DNA from: Rhodosorus marinus CCMP1338
Taxonomy: Eukaryota; Plantae; Rhodophyta
Reading direction: 5' to 3'
Assembly (NCBI GenBank): GCA_029953675.1
Contig: JAMWBK010000002.1
Coordinates: forward strand, 1,116,001-1,180,000
Length of the DNA: 64,000 bases
Each line of letters opens with the position of its first letter. The first letter of the stretch is position 1. Below are positions 38,788 through 51,709 of this stretch, piece by piece. A model generated the notes under the pieces. The model had not been told where the DNA came from and searched no databases. It saw only the letters and a list, made by a program, of their open reading frames with translations. The position numbers and the translations under genes were made by a program.

Positions 38788-40364
38788 CTTTTGCTCAACG
38801 AAACAAACGGAATACTCTCACTCAAACAGCAAACGTACTCCCTAATGGACAAAATGCGCTTTTCCTCACAAGATCATTTTACAGTCCTCAACCCGCTCTC
38901 TAAAAGCGTCCCACAATCCCTCTCACCGCCAATCCACAAAGAAAAGAAAAAAGCTTGAGAACGCTAGAATGGAATACCCAACATTAAGACCACTTCCCAC
39001 ACTCCTCAACCGCACCGCCAGCATCCAAGGCGCCCTCCAGTTGCCCCAGCTACAATGATCGCCTGCCTCTCTTCCCACGTCCAGCTATCAACGACTAAGC
39101 GACCTCCCCCCTCCGCTCGCCTGCAGAACATAACCCACGCACGTGTACAAATGCCCACCGCAGCAATTCGTCTGTCTATGCGAAAACAAGTGAAGTTGAG
39201 CAAGCCTCTCCCATTCACTCACGCGTATTCTCCAATCACCCCAACCCAAAAATTTATCACCAAAAGGTTCAATTATCCGTTTGAGACGGCATCCTATTCC
39301 ATCCAATCCCTTTACCCGATCGCCGCCACCCCCTCTTTGCTTATCCTTTTTACTGAATACACCGGAAAAGCGCGTCGTCATTGTCATCCCTAAAAACCGA
39401 GTCCTCAGTCCTCATTGCACACCCCAAAAAACATGCCTATCCTAGATCATCACCTCATCGTCAGAAAAACAATCTTATTATTATAAGATGATTCTAAATC
39501 AAAGACTCTTTCTCATCATCCCTAAACGGGCGGGGACTCTCCAAAAATAAAAAAATTCAAGTTGCAACTCCGATGGTATTTTTTTTCTTTTGCGAAACGG
39601 ATGCTATCACATTATTGTTTATTAAATTGCGGTTTTTTGGTGGGTCTTCGAAGATTTCCAGCGACCCCTTCCACCCCCCCCCTTTTCATTTTTTTGTTGA
39701 AGTAGGCTCGTTCATCCCCCTTTTTTTGTCTTGATCATCTAATTTCTATGCAAAAATAAAAGTTACTCCCGCATTGTATTCCTTTGATACAATGCTTTGT
39801 TCTGTCTAAAATCGAACTTTTTGCGGGAATTAATCGATTGTTTGTAAATTTTCCGTGCAAGGAGAAGAACGAGAGGATCTTTGGAGAGTCAAAAAGAAAA
39901 AGGGGGGGAGGGGGAAGGGCAGTCGGATGGGAGAGGTCCCGAAAAATTGGTTGTGGATCTAAAAGGGGGGAATTTATGTTTACGTTTTCTCTTGTTTTTG
40001 TCTCCACCCGTTTCATCCATTCAACCCCCCGTAGCCATTTTTCAATTAAAAAGTTACATATTTATGAAAAACTTTCCAAATTAAAATTCAATACTGAGTT
40101 TCGTCTATTGAGTAACCAATCGGAGGTGGAGTTAATCAATAAATTTCCTTGCTTGGGGGTTTTTGGTGGACATCCGATTCTTAATTTTTGTTTTCACTAA
40201 AAATGTCCTTCTTTTTCATAATTTTTTTTTGGGGGGATGTTGTTTTTTGAGGGGTGGGCGCGATAGTCCTGCTCGGAATTTTTTTTCTTGTGGTCGAGCT
40301 CAAAAGGTGAGGGACATGCTGAGATATTCTCTCAAATTCACACGTGTTTGCTTCGGTCGGTGCC

Positions 40365-40384
40365 GTGTGTGTGTGTGTGTGTGT
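40365..40384. repeat. (GT)10 microsatellite
   Basis: Direct reading of sequence. Confidence 0.9.
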
Positions 40385-43300
40385 ATCCAAATCTTAGTCC
40401 GTCCCCTCGCCTCTTCCGTCAAGAAAAGGCCGGATAGATCAATTCGGAGAGGAAAGGACTAGTTGGCTGGCATATAGCTCTCCCCTAAATGTTTCACATA
40501 GAGAGGGTTCAGCAGTGCAGGCGGACAAGCCCTGGTAGTATAGGAGGGGGGATCGAGCGATTGATCCAACTTTTTTGGTACTTTGAAGACAAGACAAGGC
40601 CAGGGAGTGATGTTGCTCTATTCATTTCAATAGGAGTTGAGCATCCTCCACGTTCAGTTTAGGATGCTCGCCTAAACGTTAATTTTGAGGCTTTTAGGAT
40701 TCTCAATGAATTTTTGGTCCTTTTGAGGAAACAGACGCCAGTCCCTAAAAGAACAGCAGCAGCTGCTGTGCTGTTCCACCATAGCCGCGGCTCTTGTGGT
40801 TTTTGTTTGTTTGTTTTCTTTCGACGTCGATCAAAGTATCAATGCCTCCTCACATCCAAAAAGCAAGTGGCCTTTTTCTGATGGGAGATGAAGAATCATG
40901 TGTCACCAGATTTTTCCTGACGAAACACAGCGACAAGAGGCGCTCAAGCCGGGAAAAACGATTATATACTGAAAGCAGAACATGTGGAGAGAAAAACGGG
41001 AAGAGATTCACTCCTCCGCTTATTTCCCAAACGGCTTCAACAGCGATTCGTTCCGTTCTTTTTTTGATTGGTGGAAGGGGATGATTTTGTGGGCTGCTGG
41101 GTTCTGTTTGTGGGCTGCTGCTGGGTGCTGTTTGAGGATTGGCTGCAAAGAGCTGAAATCTCCCCTATGCTTGGATTTTCCTTTTCATCGCAGATCGGGG
41201 TATCCCATATGGTTGAAGGCTATTGGGCTTCAGCTGGAATACACTGCCAGTTAAAGACGATGATTTATGCAGAACGTCATGAGGAGATCCGAAAATGGAA
41301 AGAGAACTAGGTGACCAGGAAGAGTGATTTACCACGAGAGCGGCTAAAGTCGGAAGTTTGGAGGCTTCCGGAGCTCCTTTCGAGTGAGAGCTGTCGTTTT
41401 CAGGAAAGTCCAAAGGCGTGGGGATGCATCAGCAACGACGGCGATTCACTCGATCGTCCTATTGACGATGGCCATCCAGAGGACGTCATCAGCAAAAAGG
41501 CTTGATTTCTGGTTAGTTCCGAGCGAAGGTATTTTTAATACATCGCAAAAACGTGTCTCTCACTGATAAACCTTGAAAATTCGGAATTTGTTGCTTTGTT
41601 CTGTTGAAACGGTCACGCGATGAACGGTGACGATACGCTCTCAGCATCTAGGAGGGTCATTCACACACGGTCACACATACGGTAGGACCGATGTGCGAAC
41701 AGTATACGGTAGACAAACCATGTAGAGGTTCAAACATTTGAAGTAGTTTGAACAGTACAAGGTATCGATCTTCCCCACAGTATAGTAGGATACTTAAGTG
41801 GTAGATATCGAACGCAAGGGTCAGGGAAAACAATAAAGAAACTATCGAAGTTTGGCTGACGGGACTTTGGTCAAGGTTGGGAATCCTTGAAAATTCCAAC
41901 ATGTTCGTTTATTTTCATGGTCTCTACGATTTCTTTTGTTGCAAAGCTCAACGACCTTTGCTTTGGAATGACGCAATAGCAGAAATCTACTCCCCACCCA
42001 CCCACTGTCTCTTCACGCTCGTCTATGGTAGGCTTTCCATGTTACCATCCATATAGTAAGCTAATCATGCAGATAGTACCAAATTATTTATATTTTATGT
42101 GCGCTCTTGTCCTATTTCTAATTCATGAAATTCTTGTCGTAGAAATTGAACATCTCCGCCCTTATTCGATCACCCCTAGACCACCCTTCTTTGTTCTCGA
42201 TTTTCCAAATATCCGTTTTGTAGGAAAATAAGTACATTTATTAGCTTTTAACGTGATAATTACATTTTATGTACACAGAGAGCATAAAATATTAAAAAGC
42301 TGGCGGGTTTGGAAGCTCGTCACTATCACGCTCAGCTCAACTTTGTGAATTCTCGGGATTTTAGTACAGTGTTGTAGTTTATTAGTGGAATTACAATTAA
42401 TCTTTGTTTAAACAAACCAACGCGTTTCGGTCCGTTTCGAAAAGCGCGTTTGTGTCTCGTTGCATTTGGCTCGCAGAATGATGACTTTTATCAAGAATTT
42501 CGCACTAGATACCGCGTTTTATTCGATTAGGTTGTTTCTGATCAAGTCCTTATTCTGATTCTATGTCAAAGTGGAAGCTCTAGCGGAAAGTGGACTGCCT
42601 GTTGTCTTCCAACAGCATTCACCTTTTCTTTCCCACCAAAAAAAGAAAAGCTAGCGTGTGTAGCTTGGCTTATTGTAAGTGGCTATGTAACAGTCCAGCC
42701 CGCCTGTTTCAGTAATGAAAAATCATATCCACAGGTTTTTGGCTCTGGGAAAAGGCGCTCTGGCCGGAAGCGCTTCTTTGCTATCTTCCCGCATCCACCT
42801 TTTCATTCAATTTGCAGCGTGTTTTCTTTGTAAGTCGTTACGGAACAGTTAAGGCACCTGTTTCAGCAATAGAAAAAACTGCTCAAGGGGGATCATCTCT
42901 ACACAAGTTTTGGCAGCAACCTGTTTCATTTCGAGGGACGTGATGATCTTCAAGCAGAGATGGACAGTTCACTCACCGTAATTCTCGTTTCGGTTCTCAA
43001 AGAGCTCTGAACGAAGCCCATTGGGACAGGGGTCAGCATCACACGCTGCTAGAATAGAAATCCGACGTCAGGCGACATTGGCAGACTCTATGCCGAACAA
43101 TGGGAAGCAGGAGAGAAAAGAATAAAGAATGCGTGGTACAAGAGGCGCCAGGCCGCGGTTTGACGGGATTTTGTTCAGGGGCCCTACCTTTTTGAGCCGT
43201 TTGGCCAAGGAAGCGCGAAATTTGTTGAGGGCTTAGCTAGATCCATCAAAGTACAAGGAGTATCTCCGGTTTCTAGAGGAGAAGTTTAAGAGTGACCAAA

Positions 43301-45280
43301 AACAACTGCCACGAAGTTGCTCTTTTTCATCTAGGAGCTTTTGGCTATCACTGCACACGCGGAAAGCTTAGTTTGAATGAATGTGCGCATGGCAGAACTT
43401 TTGGGGAATTCGACCACCGGATTCCAGCGCGTTTCGCCAACAATCATGACTCGATTAAGCTTTTAGTATATGAGTGAACGTCCACATGGCAGGGATTCTT
43501 GCTCTGACAGATTACAGACGTCCGCTTTCGCCAGGCGTTCCCCCTTCCGTACTTAGCTATCACTACTGAAGCTAGCTAGCGCTACGAAGAGCTAACATGG
43601 GGGGGGGGGGGGGAGGCAGATCCAGCGCAGATCCCGCATGAGCGGAGTAGGCTCTGAAGGAGAATACCCCGAGTCGAATTGTCGTATTTGCCTCGCGTTA
43701 GCAGGCAGCTGAGTATTCTCGCGGCAAAGCTTGGGATTGAGTACCTGCCCTCATACTCTTACTGAAATAGGAGGTAGGCATTACAAAGGAGAGCCCTTCG
43801 CTGACTTGCTCGCTATATAACAAAGCGAGTAAGTCCACTAGCGCTGCTTCCTTTTTGTCACATGGCATATCCATGTGTCATGTGTACCGGTAGTAGGCGA
43901 AAATGGCCCGAGAGACGTTGAAGACGGGGAGGCCCACTCCTCCCTGATGGATTAGTCTATCAAGATGCAAGGTAACGCGTTAGTTGCATCCACCGTGTTT
44001 GAAATTTGCGTCTTCGACTGGCTACGGTACGACCAACGTCTGAGTGTTCCCAAGCTGGGATACGGTCACCAAGCTGAAGCCCCAACTGTCTGCATGACTG
44101 GTGAGTGGCTCCTTATGCGAGTGGATGAAGTGGGACAGATGTTATTGAAGCTTTGGTGGCACTTGGGAATAGCCAAACGAGTTCACGGCTTCACCAGCGT
44201 TGATAAAGAGGTAGTGAGCGAGTTGAACCACCGCACAAGCGCAAGAACGCATCTAGTCAACAGGTAGCACCGCATCACGTGCTCAGAGTGTTCTGTGCCC
44301 CTAGCGCGTCCTCCCCGATGACCCGGCTAGTTCAACACTTGGCGCATAGATTGTTGTAGACAGGACATTAATATGTTGAGCGGAATTGGCAGATTGGCAA
44401 TCGATCGAGACGCACTTGTAGCATCACATGATTCGTTGCAGGTGGTGAGTCAATCTCCTATGACGCAGGGACACCAAACGCATTAACAGCGTCCTACCAT
44501 AACCGTCAAATTACGGACGGACCGTAGAAGCTGTACTTGGTGTGTTGGAACATAACCGAGAACAAACCGAGTTACTCCAAACACTTTTTTGTTTGTGCCA
44601 CACAGCACACAGTACAAACGTATATCACATGTCCACAGTGGCTCCATTTATACAGCAAGCGCATGTTTTCATGCTGTGACTTCTTGACGTGTTTCATGAA
44701 GCCCTGCAGCGGCGGGACGTTCGTCTCCACCTCCGGCTTTGGCTAATGGTGCGATGTTCTCCGAGTCATCCCCATCAGAATGCCCCCAAACCATCCGTCT
44801 CCTGTACATATATACGTTAACTTGCCGGAACTCCTCCGGATGTGACCGTGGTCGTCCACATCGTAGGCTCAAACCCGACAATGTCTGTGGGCCTCAATTC
44901 TACCGCCCTCCTTTCCCTCTTCCAAAGCGGCGTCGGTGGAGTACCCATCTCCGGCCTGCTCTTCGATGCCGCTCCTTTCGTATTACTCTCTTTCGTCTCG
45001 TTCAATTATTCCGTCAACGCGCCCCCGCGCGGACGCGGACACACCGGAAGGTCCGCGGGTGCCTGTTCTTGGTGGCCCGCTTCCGTGCGAGCAGATGCAG
45101 TGCGAAATGACGATTTGATAACCAGCATCGGCCTGCCGCCGTTTCTAGAAAAGGTCGCCGCTGTCCGACCTTGTTAATACGATAACCCTGCAATCTAATG
45201 GGAGGACGCCCACTCTCTACTGTTGCTGGCACGTGACAGGGACTCACAAGAGACGCTCTTTCTCCGTGTCGTCGTCTTGG

Positions 45281-47114
45281 TCATCCTTCGGGGACAGCGA
45301 ACCCTGCCTCAAAGTCAAACAGCGCTTTCATCTCCAAAACGCTATCCTGGAGGCAGTCCACGAAAGGCCCCATCCAGTTATTCTTCAAGCTGTTAACGTT
45401 GAAATGACAGCAGTCATTTTGATCATGTATGCGACGCCTAGTCCGTCCGGTGCAACCTCCCCCTATCCCCAGCCATCGAAGGGCTCATGCATTAAGTTGC
45501 TGGCGGAGATCTTCGGTATTTGGATGCACTGTATGATGGATCCTGAAAGAAGCTCGACTTGTCATTGGGCCTCAAGCTCAGTTGGAGACCCAGAAGATGG
45601 CCATCCACAGCGGACGCCATAGCAGCACGCTTCATGTATTGGACATGAGCCGCAACGGCAGACCGCAACAGGCTCAGCTTTTCTGCTGTCGGAATGCTCG
45701 GGCGCTGTATCATTGCAAAAGTCCAGGAAGCTCCTTCGGAGGACGAGGAGCGTGTTGCGCGCGTAAAGAAAAGAGCGTGCGTGCGTAGCTTCATCCGTTG
45801 CAACCTCCGTACCAAACAAAATTCTTGTACGCTAACTGTATCGCTATTTGGACGTACGCACCTGGACTGCAATTGAACTCTATAATCTTGTTCTTGTAAT
45901 AGCCATAAGACGCGCCACCGCTACTGCATGAGCATCGATTAGCGAGTCAAACGCTTGTTCGGCCTTGCATATTGCTGACTGTATCTTTTCTCTGGAGGCT
46001 TCAGCGAGGATGGCAGATTTTGTGCTACGCCCATGTCAATCTTGCGCTCGTGTAGACGGGTAATAACGTAGTTCACCATCTCCATCACTGGCATGCCGTC
46101 AATTATCGAGTGCCTCCTAGGAGACCGGTCTTGCCGTTGTCGTAGACAATCAGTTGAATGCTCTTGTCATAAAAGCTGATTCTTCCATCACCGTGCCACA
46201 AGCCACGAGCAATATCCGCGGGGGGGGGGGCTATCATCTAGAGACACAGCTGGAATAGCACTCTACAAGCGATTCAGGCTAGCTCCATTGCCCTCATGAA
46301 TAACCTGGTCATAAGCGGCTGCCCAAGCATCCCTGTTCTGAGAGGATAGCACTCCAATGGACGACTCCTTTGGTCCCGCATTCGCGATAACGCGCTCCAG
46401 CTGAAACTGGATCTCTTCAAACGATAGAGTGCGTCGGTCGAACACAAGATCAAACTCGTAGAACTTCTTGTTCCTCAGCACTACCACGTGATTGTGGTTC
46501 ACTGGATCATATTTCCTGAACGTGTCTTGCAGTCGCTTTGGGACGCGGCAAGCATTGAACATGTACTTGTATCGTCCGGCGATGCACACAGCGGAGCCTT
46601 CCCGTTCCCTAGGGACGGCTGAGGCAAGGAACCATCGACTAGCTGGCGTCGAAACTCCAGCATGCCCCTGATTAATGAGGCGGCACGTCCACATTGGCTA
46701 TTTTCCGCTTGTACAAGCGAGTCAGAAAAGTGAAAGAAATACGACACGTTGATCGGAACTGGGTCTCGCACTTGTAGGTAACCAGCTGAGTCCACCATTC
46801 AGCAAGCCAGCTCGAATCAGTCCGCTCCTTGGCCCTCCTGACCAGTCGCTCCTGGAGCTCCTCTCCAATTCCTCCTGGTACCATAAACTTTTCTGCTTCT
46901 TTTCTTGTCCTCTCAAACGCAGCTGCAGGCACGAGCGGCTTGACGCTCTTGAGGTACATTTCGATGGTGTCCCCCAGCTTTGGCACAGGCGGCCTCCTCA
47001 TGCGCCTTGTTTCTGATACAGGGGCAAACCTCCACCCTCTAAATCCAGTTCCTTCCGACAATCCCCATTGCAATCTCTCATCCCAATCCGGATATGTGTA
47101 ATCGGAGGCGACAT
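45281..47114 (-). pseudogene. Full-length intronless choline/carnitine O-acyltransferase (carnitine acetyltransferase-like) pseudogene
   Basis: PPVPKL..T, SWLAEWW, RDPVPINVSYFF, YKYMFNACRVP, SQNRDAW, LWHGDG..FYDKSIQLIV.DNG, HSIIDG, SP.AYVQIAIQLAY, VDGHLLGL, GEVAPDGLGVAY. These motifs lie across several frames with in-frame TAG codons at 46263 and 45463. Confidence 0.9.
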
Positions 47115-48278
47115 CTTCTCCAGGCTCACAGCTTCCAAATCGTTGCACTCGTAAAAAGTCAGCAACAACTGAACTGACGTGAGTAACGTCACAAACAGCC
47201 CGAAGCGTCAGACGTCATCGGTACGGCAACCCTCCTTATACAGTTCAGCGTTTTCGAGGACCACCGGGACCGCCGCGATCTGATACTGCGCGGGAAGACG
47301 GATCGGAGAATGCGATCCTCGGGGCACTCATCTCTAGCAGTGCTGACGAGTTGTTGCATCATGTGCAAATTGCTTTTATGACGGAGCTAAGCTTGCATGC
47401 CGTCTAAATCTTGGTATCAAAATAGCCCGTTCGAGACTTAAAGCTACGTCCCCGACCACGACCACAGATATTCCTCAGCCTGTCAGCCTTGACTAGTTCC
47501 AGGTCAATACGATGACAAGCAAAGGCTCGTCAAGGCGGCCGGTAAAGCTGTCCAGAGGGTAGCAACTAATGACAAAAGTCAGATGAGAAAGTCACCCTAG
47601 AGTTGTTTACCCACAATTCTAACACCAAACCGACCTCCGAAAAGTCCGCGTGGGACTGAGCAAAAAACGCATCCGGCTGTTCGGAGCATAGCTGCCCAGT
47701 GCCTCGCAACTAATGCTTCCAGTTCTGCAACAATGGGAAAATTCACCCATCAGTTCTCTCCCATAACCCAAACAACAGGCTCAAGTCCATCAGTCCCCAA
47801 CTCCACCAAGGCAAAACGCACGTGCCTTGCCAACAACAGACCACACCAGTTCCGGTGGCACGCAACGATCAATAATCAGCACCGTGACCTGCGCTGAAGA
47901 AAAAGACGCTGATGACGTGCGCCCAACGACGAAGCAGCGTTTGAACACCTGAGAGTCAAAAGGACAGCCTTGAGGAGGGGCCATTACGACGAGCTGGGTC
48001 TCTCTACGATGGTGGCTCCCAAAGACCACAAGAAAGCAGTAGCTCGCTTATGGAATTGAGTACAATGCCATCGATCCGAGAAAAATGGTTGGATAATTTA
48101 TTTACGTTACAGTCATTAGCAGGGGCGGAAGCATCGAATTCAGTTGATGGTGGTGGTGGTGATGTTATCATCATGGTAATAGGGTTTCGAAGTTGGGGAG
48201 GGACAGAGGTGAGATGGGAGGGAGGCGGAGAACTTGCGGGTTGATTGTTTTATTAGTAGGACGTGAGAGCGATACAAG

Positions 48279-49727
48279 ATGATGCCTGAGCGTCTTCCAA
48301 TATCGAGTATTCCGTCGCACGTGGGGCAGACTCATGAATGTGATCCGGCCAAGTACGTACTGATATGCAAACCGGCGCTTCCAAAGATGATGGGGACACT
48401 ACACCCGGCTGGGTCGCTTTATGAGAAACCTGTAAATACTGAACTGGCGAAGGCACAGCATGAAGCGTTCCGGGAGAAGATGGAATCGCACGGTGTCTCT
48501 GTGCTGGAGGTGGGTGATATCCTTCGGTATGACACGGAGGAGAATATCAACGCCAGAATCGCGTTGGAGGATTTTGCACTCAAGAGTCTAGAGTACGAGT
48601 TCGACAAGTCGTCTATGGGTGAGGCTTCATCGGATGATCTCTATTACATCGGTGAGGAGTACAAGAGGGTTACCATCGAGGGGCTAAGTGCTGAGCAATT
48701 AGTTGATATCATTCTCACAAGACCGAAAGTTACCTTGTTGAAAAGTCATCGCGATACGGGATTTACTGCCTGTTACAACTTCAAGCCTCTGGCTAACATT
48801 GTTTTCACAAGAGACCAGCAGGTAATAAGCCTCTTTCGTTATGCAGAACCTTTTTGATCGTTGTGCCACATGGAGAGCCGATCATCGCTCCCCAGGACCC
48901 TAATTCTGTTCTGCACCATGGTTTTACAGATCACCACCAGGAGAGGAATTGTGCTTGGCCGTCTTGCGAGCGAGCAGAGAGCCCATGAAGTCGACGTAAT
49001 GCAATTCTGCTTCAAGAAGCTCAACCTCGAGATTGCGGCAAGGATCCCAGCTCCAGGGACGTTGGAAGGTGGTGACTTTTTCCCGGTTGGTGAGGACTTG
49101 AGCATCTGTGGTATTGGGTTGAGGACGAACCAGGAGGCTATAGACTATATGCTGTCGAACAAGTTGTTTGGAACGAGAAGAGTGGCTATTATCCGAGACG
49201 AATTTGACTGCTGTCAAGATCGACTTCACCTGGATACAGTCTTCAACATTTTGACACCGAGCTTCTGCGTAGCGTGGGAGAGAATGCTCGGAGACTCGAG
49301 CAAGGTGAAGAGAATAGTAGATGAGTATGTACTGGGCCCGAACAGTCACGAATATGAGAAGGTAAGCCAGAGAAAAAGACCCTAAACGACGTGCGGAAGA
49401 GACGTTGTAGACCGGACAACTAAGACGGCATTTTCTTCCAAAACTCTCTCCAATCGCCAGAAAATCGAAGGGATGGAATTCTCGGCGTATCTACAGGAGA
49501 ATGGATTCACCATAATTCCAGTTCGTGACAAGGATCAACTGCAGTACGGATGCAACAGCCTGAGCCTGGGGAACGGAAGAATTTTGGCTGTGAATGAGAA
49601 GGTTGCCAGAGAGATAGTGCGGACACCCAATTTTGATGGAACTATTGACCTAGTTGATTTTTCAGCGATCACTGCTATGTATGGAGCAGTACATTGTGCA
49701 AGTCAGGTGATCTGCAGGGAACCATAG
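48279..49727 (+). CDS. ADI: Arginine deiminase, eukaryotic type (3 coding exons)
   Basis: GQTHECD, LHPAGSLYEKPVN, VFTRDQQ|ITT, LEGGDF, GLRT, RLHLDTVF, YGCNSL, MYGAVHCASQV. Introns follow 48820 and 49361. Confidence 0.93.
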
Positions 49728-50569
49728 AGAAGACCAAATTACACACCCATGCTCGAGCGAGTCCACATTTCAGCATTTGGGAGGTTTCCTTCCCGACCGA
49801 GAGTTAGTTGTAGCCATCCCGGGTCCGCCCCGAACGGGAAGTAAATGTAACTATTTCACTTGTCCAGAGCAAACCGTAATAGAGCTTCCTCAAGAATGAT
49901 CTAGTACTACCGAACAATGTAGGACTCTATACTAATCCACCTTCAAAGCAGAATGTTGATCGGAACGTTCGTGGCAACGAGAAGCTGTCGTCCGTGGACA
50001 GATCGCGTGTGACTCAAACGAACATCAAATGCATTCAGAGGGTGGACTTCCTAAGGCAGGTCTTTGTCTAGCACCGTCAATCTTGCTTTTCGGGACTCTC
50101 CGCAAACAGCATCCCATGCGCATTGTAGAGCTTGACACATGCCATACCCAACCAGACGACGGAGATGAGCACGCAAGGTGCTGAGTCTTTGCTCGCAGCG
50201 ACGAGCTTTGTCGTCTTGTTGGAAAGTATGGTGTTGGTTTATAGCGGTGACCCAAAAGCCTTCGAAGCGTGACTGCGACGGATCCGGTTAGATTCATGAT
50301 TCAGAGAACACACTCTAGTGCCTCGATAACGGGAGTCAGCAAGCATGATCGTTAGGACAGACTTGGCCTCAAACAGAACCAAAGTCATTGCCAACTGCAA
50401 GTCGGTCAGCTGGTTGGGCCGGCAGCGTCCGTTCATTCCAGAGCAGATGTTGATGACCATAGCTGGGGTTGAACATTTTTGCACGGGATTGGTATGCTTT
50501 AGACAGAACTCATGTTGTCCGTGATCATTTGATGCATGCCGTGTGAAAAGAGAATGAAATTGTTGCCGT

Positions 50570-51709
50570 ATGATGAGGCGTGGCTCGTTGATGGCAAAGG
50601 GTAGGTTCAGAGGTGGCGGCAGATTTATGAATGCCAATCAGTCACGGTTCGCTCTGGGATGTTTCGTGTTTGGATGTATGCTGATTGTGCTCAACCGAGC
50701 GTTTAACAAAGCTGGTGAGGTAGCGAAGGGGGAGAACAGGCCAGAAGCCGCGAATGAGATATCAGCTGGAGAGCCTCCCTCAGCAATGATTCTTGGTGAC
50801 AGCAGAACTGGAGTAGTCGTCGAGGTTGTCGGAAAACCTGTTGCTTCTCTCGAACTGGAGCGTGGGAAGCGTCCAATTGGAATTCTGATGCTGCTCCCAG
50901 GATGCCATCACACGGCCTTGGACTTCTTTCCGAAGGGACGGCTTTGCGACACCTGTATTGGCTTACCAGCAGAGACATCGATTATCAGGGTTGCAGTGGG
51001 GAAGGGTCTCTTTCCCGTGGCTGTTTCTCCAACAGGCGTCTGTTGGAACACGGAGAAGGATTCAGATGACTTGCAGCGCATATCACAAACGTTGAACGAG
51101 CTGATCGTGGGACAGTCGCTTAGCAATCTACCGCTTTTCGTGTTCGGTGCATCTTCCGGAGGTGTGATGGCATCAGTCCTTCCTAGCTTGTTCAACGTCT
51201 CGGGCTTGGTAATACAGATTGCCTCGAGCGCTTCTGAGGACCTACTCAGCCACGAACACAGTATTACTGGGAAGTACCCTCCAAGTGTCTACATGCACAT
51301 GCCACGAGACCTAGTCACAGCTGCTCGCGTAGAAGATGACCTTGAGGTGCTTGATCGCATACAGGCGCCATCGAAGGAGATTAGATTGCTTCCGAAGCAA
51401 ATCGACGAAAGTTTCTTTTCCTCGCAAGCGGAGGGAATCACTTCTGAAGAATCCAAGACAATGTTCGCCGCGCTAAAAGAAGTCGGTGTTTTGGATGCAG
51501 ACGGCAGGCTAAACTCCGACCCCAGAACGTCGAGTTGGAGGGAGACTTTGAGCAAATCGGTCCCTCGCCTGGCGCATGACGATGGATTCAGACCTGATGA
51601 ATCCCCAGTGGCGGAGCTCCTAAACATTGCCTATGCGCAACATGAGTTGTCCGCGGACGGAATTGAGCAAGCCCTGGAATTCCTTATTCTGAAGCATCGC
51701 GAGAACTAG
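50570..51709 (+). CDS. Membrane-anchored alpha/beta-hydrolase-fold protein, intronless, 379 aa
   Basis: TM segment near the N-terminus, LLPGCHH, CIGLP, nucleophile elbow VFGASSGG and late AYAQHE motif. Confidence 0.8.
   Translation: MMRRGSLMAKGRFRGGGRFMNANQSRFALGCFVFGCMLIVLNRAFNKAGEVAKGENRPEAANEISAGEPPSAMILGDSRTGVVVEVVGKPVASLELERGKRPIGILMLLPGCHHTALDFFPKGRLCDTCIGLPAETSIIRVAVGKGLFPVAVSPTGVCWNTEKDSDDLQRISQTLNELIVGQSLSNLPLFVFGASSGGVMASVLPSLFNVSGLVIQIASSASEDLLSHEHSITGKYPPSVYMHMPRDLVTAARVEDDLEVLDRIQAPSKEIRLLPKQIDESFFSSQAEGITSEESKTMFAALKEVGVLDADGRLNSDPRTSSWRETLSKSVPRLAHDDGFRPDESPVAELLNIAYAQHELSADGIEQALEFLILKHREN

Noticed and set aside
42415-42455. Imperfect inverted repeat aacgcgtttcg...cgaaaagcgcgttt with ACGCGT-like sites
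   Set aside because: Short and mismatched, with no clear downstream gene to link it to.
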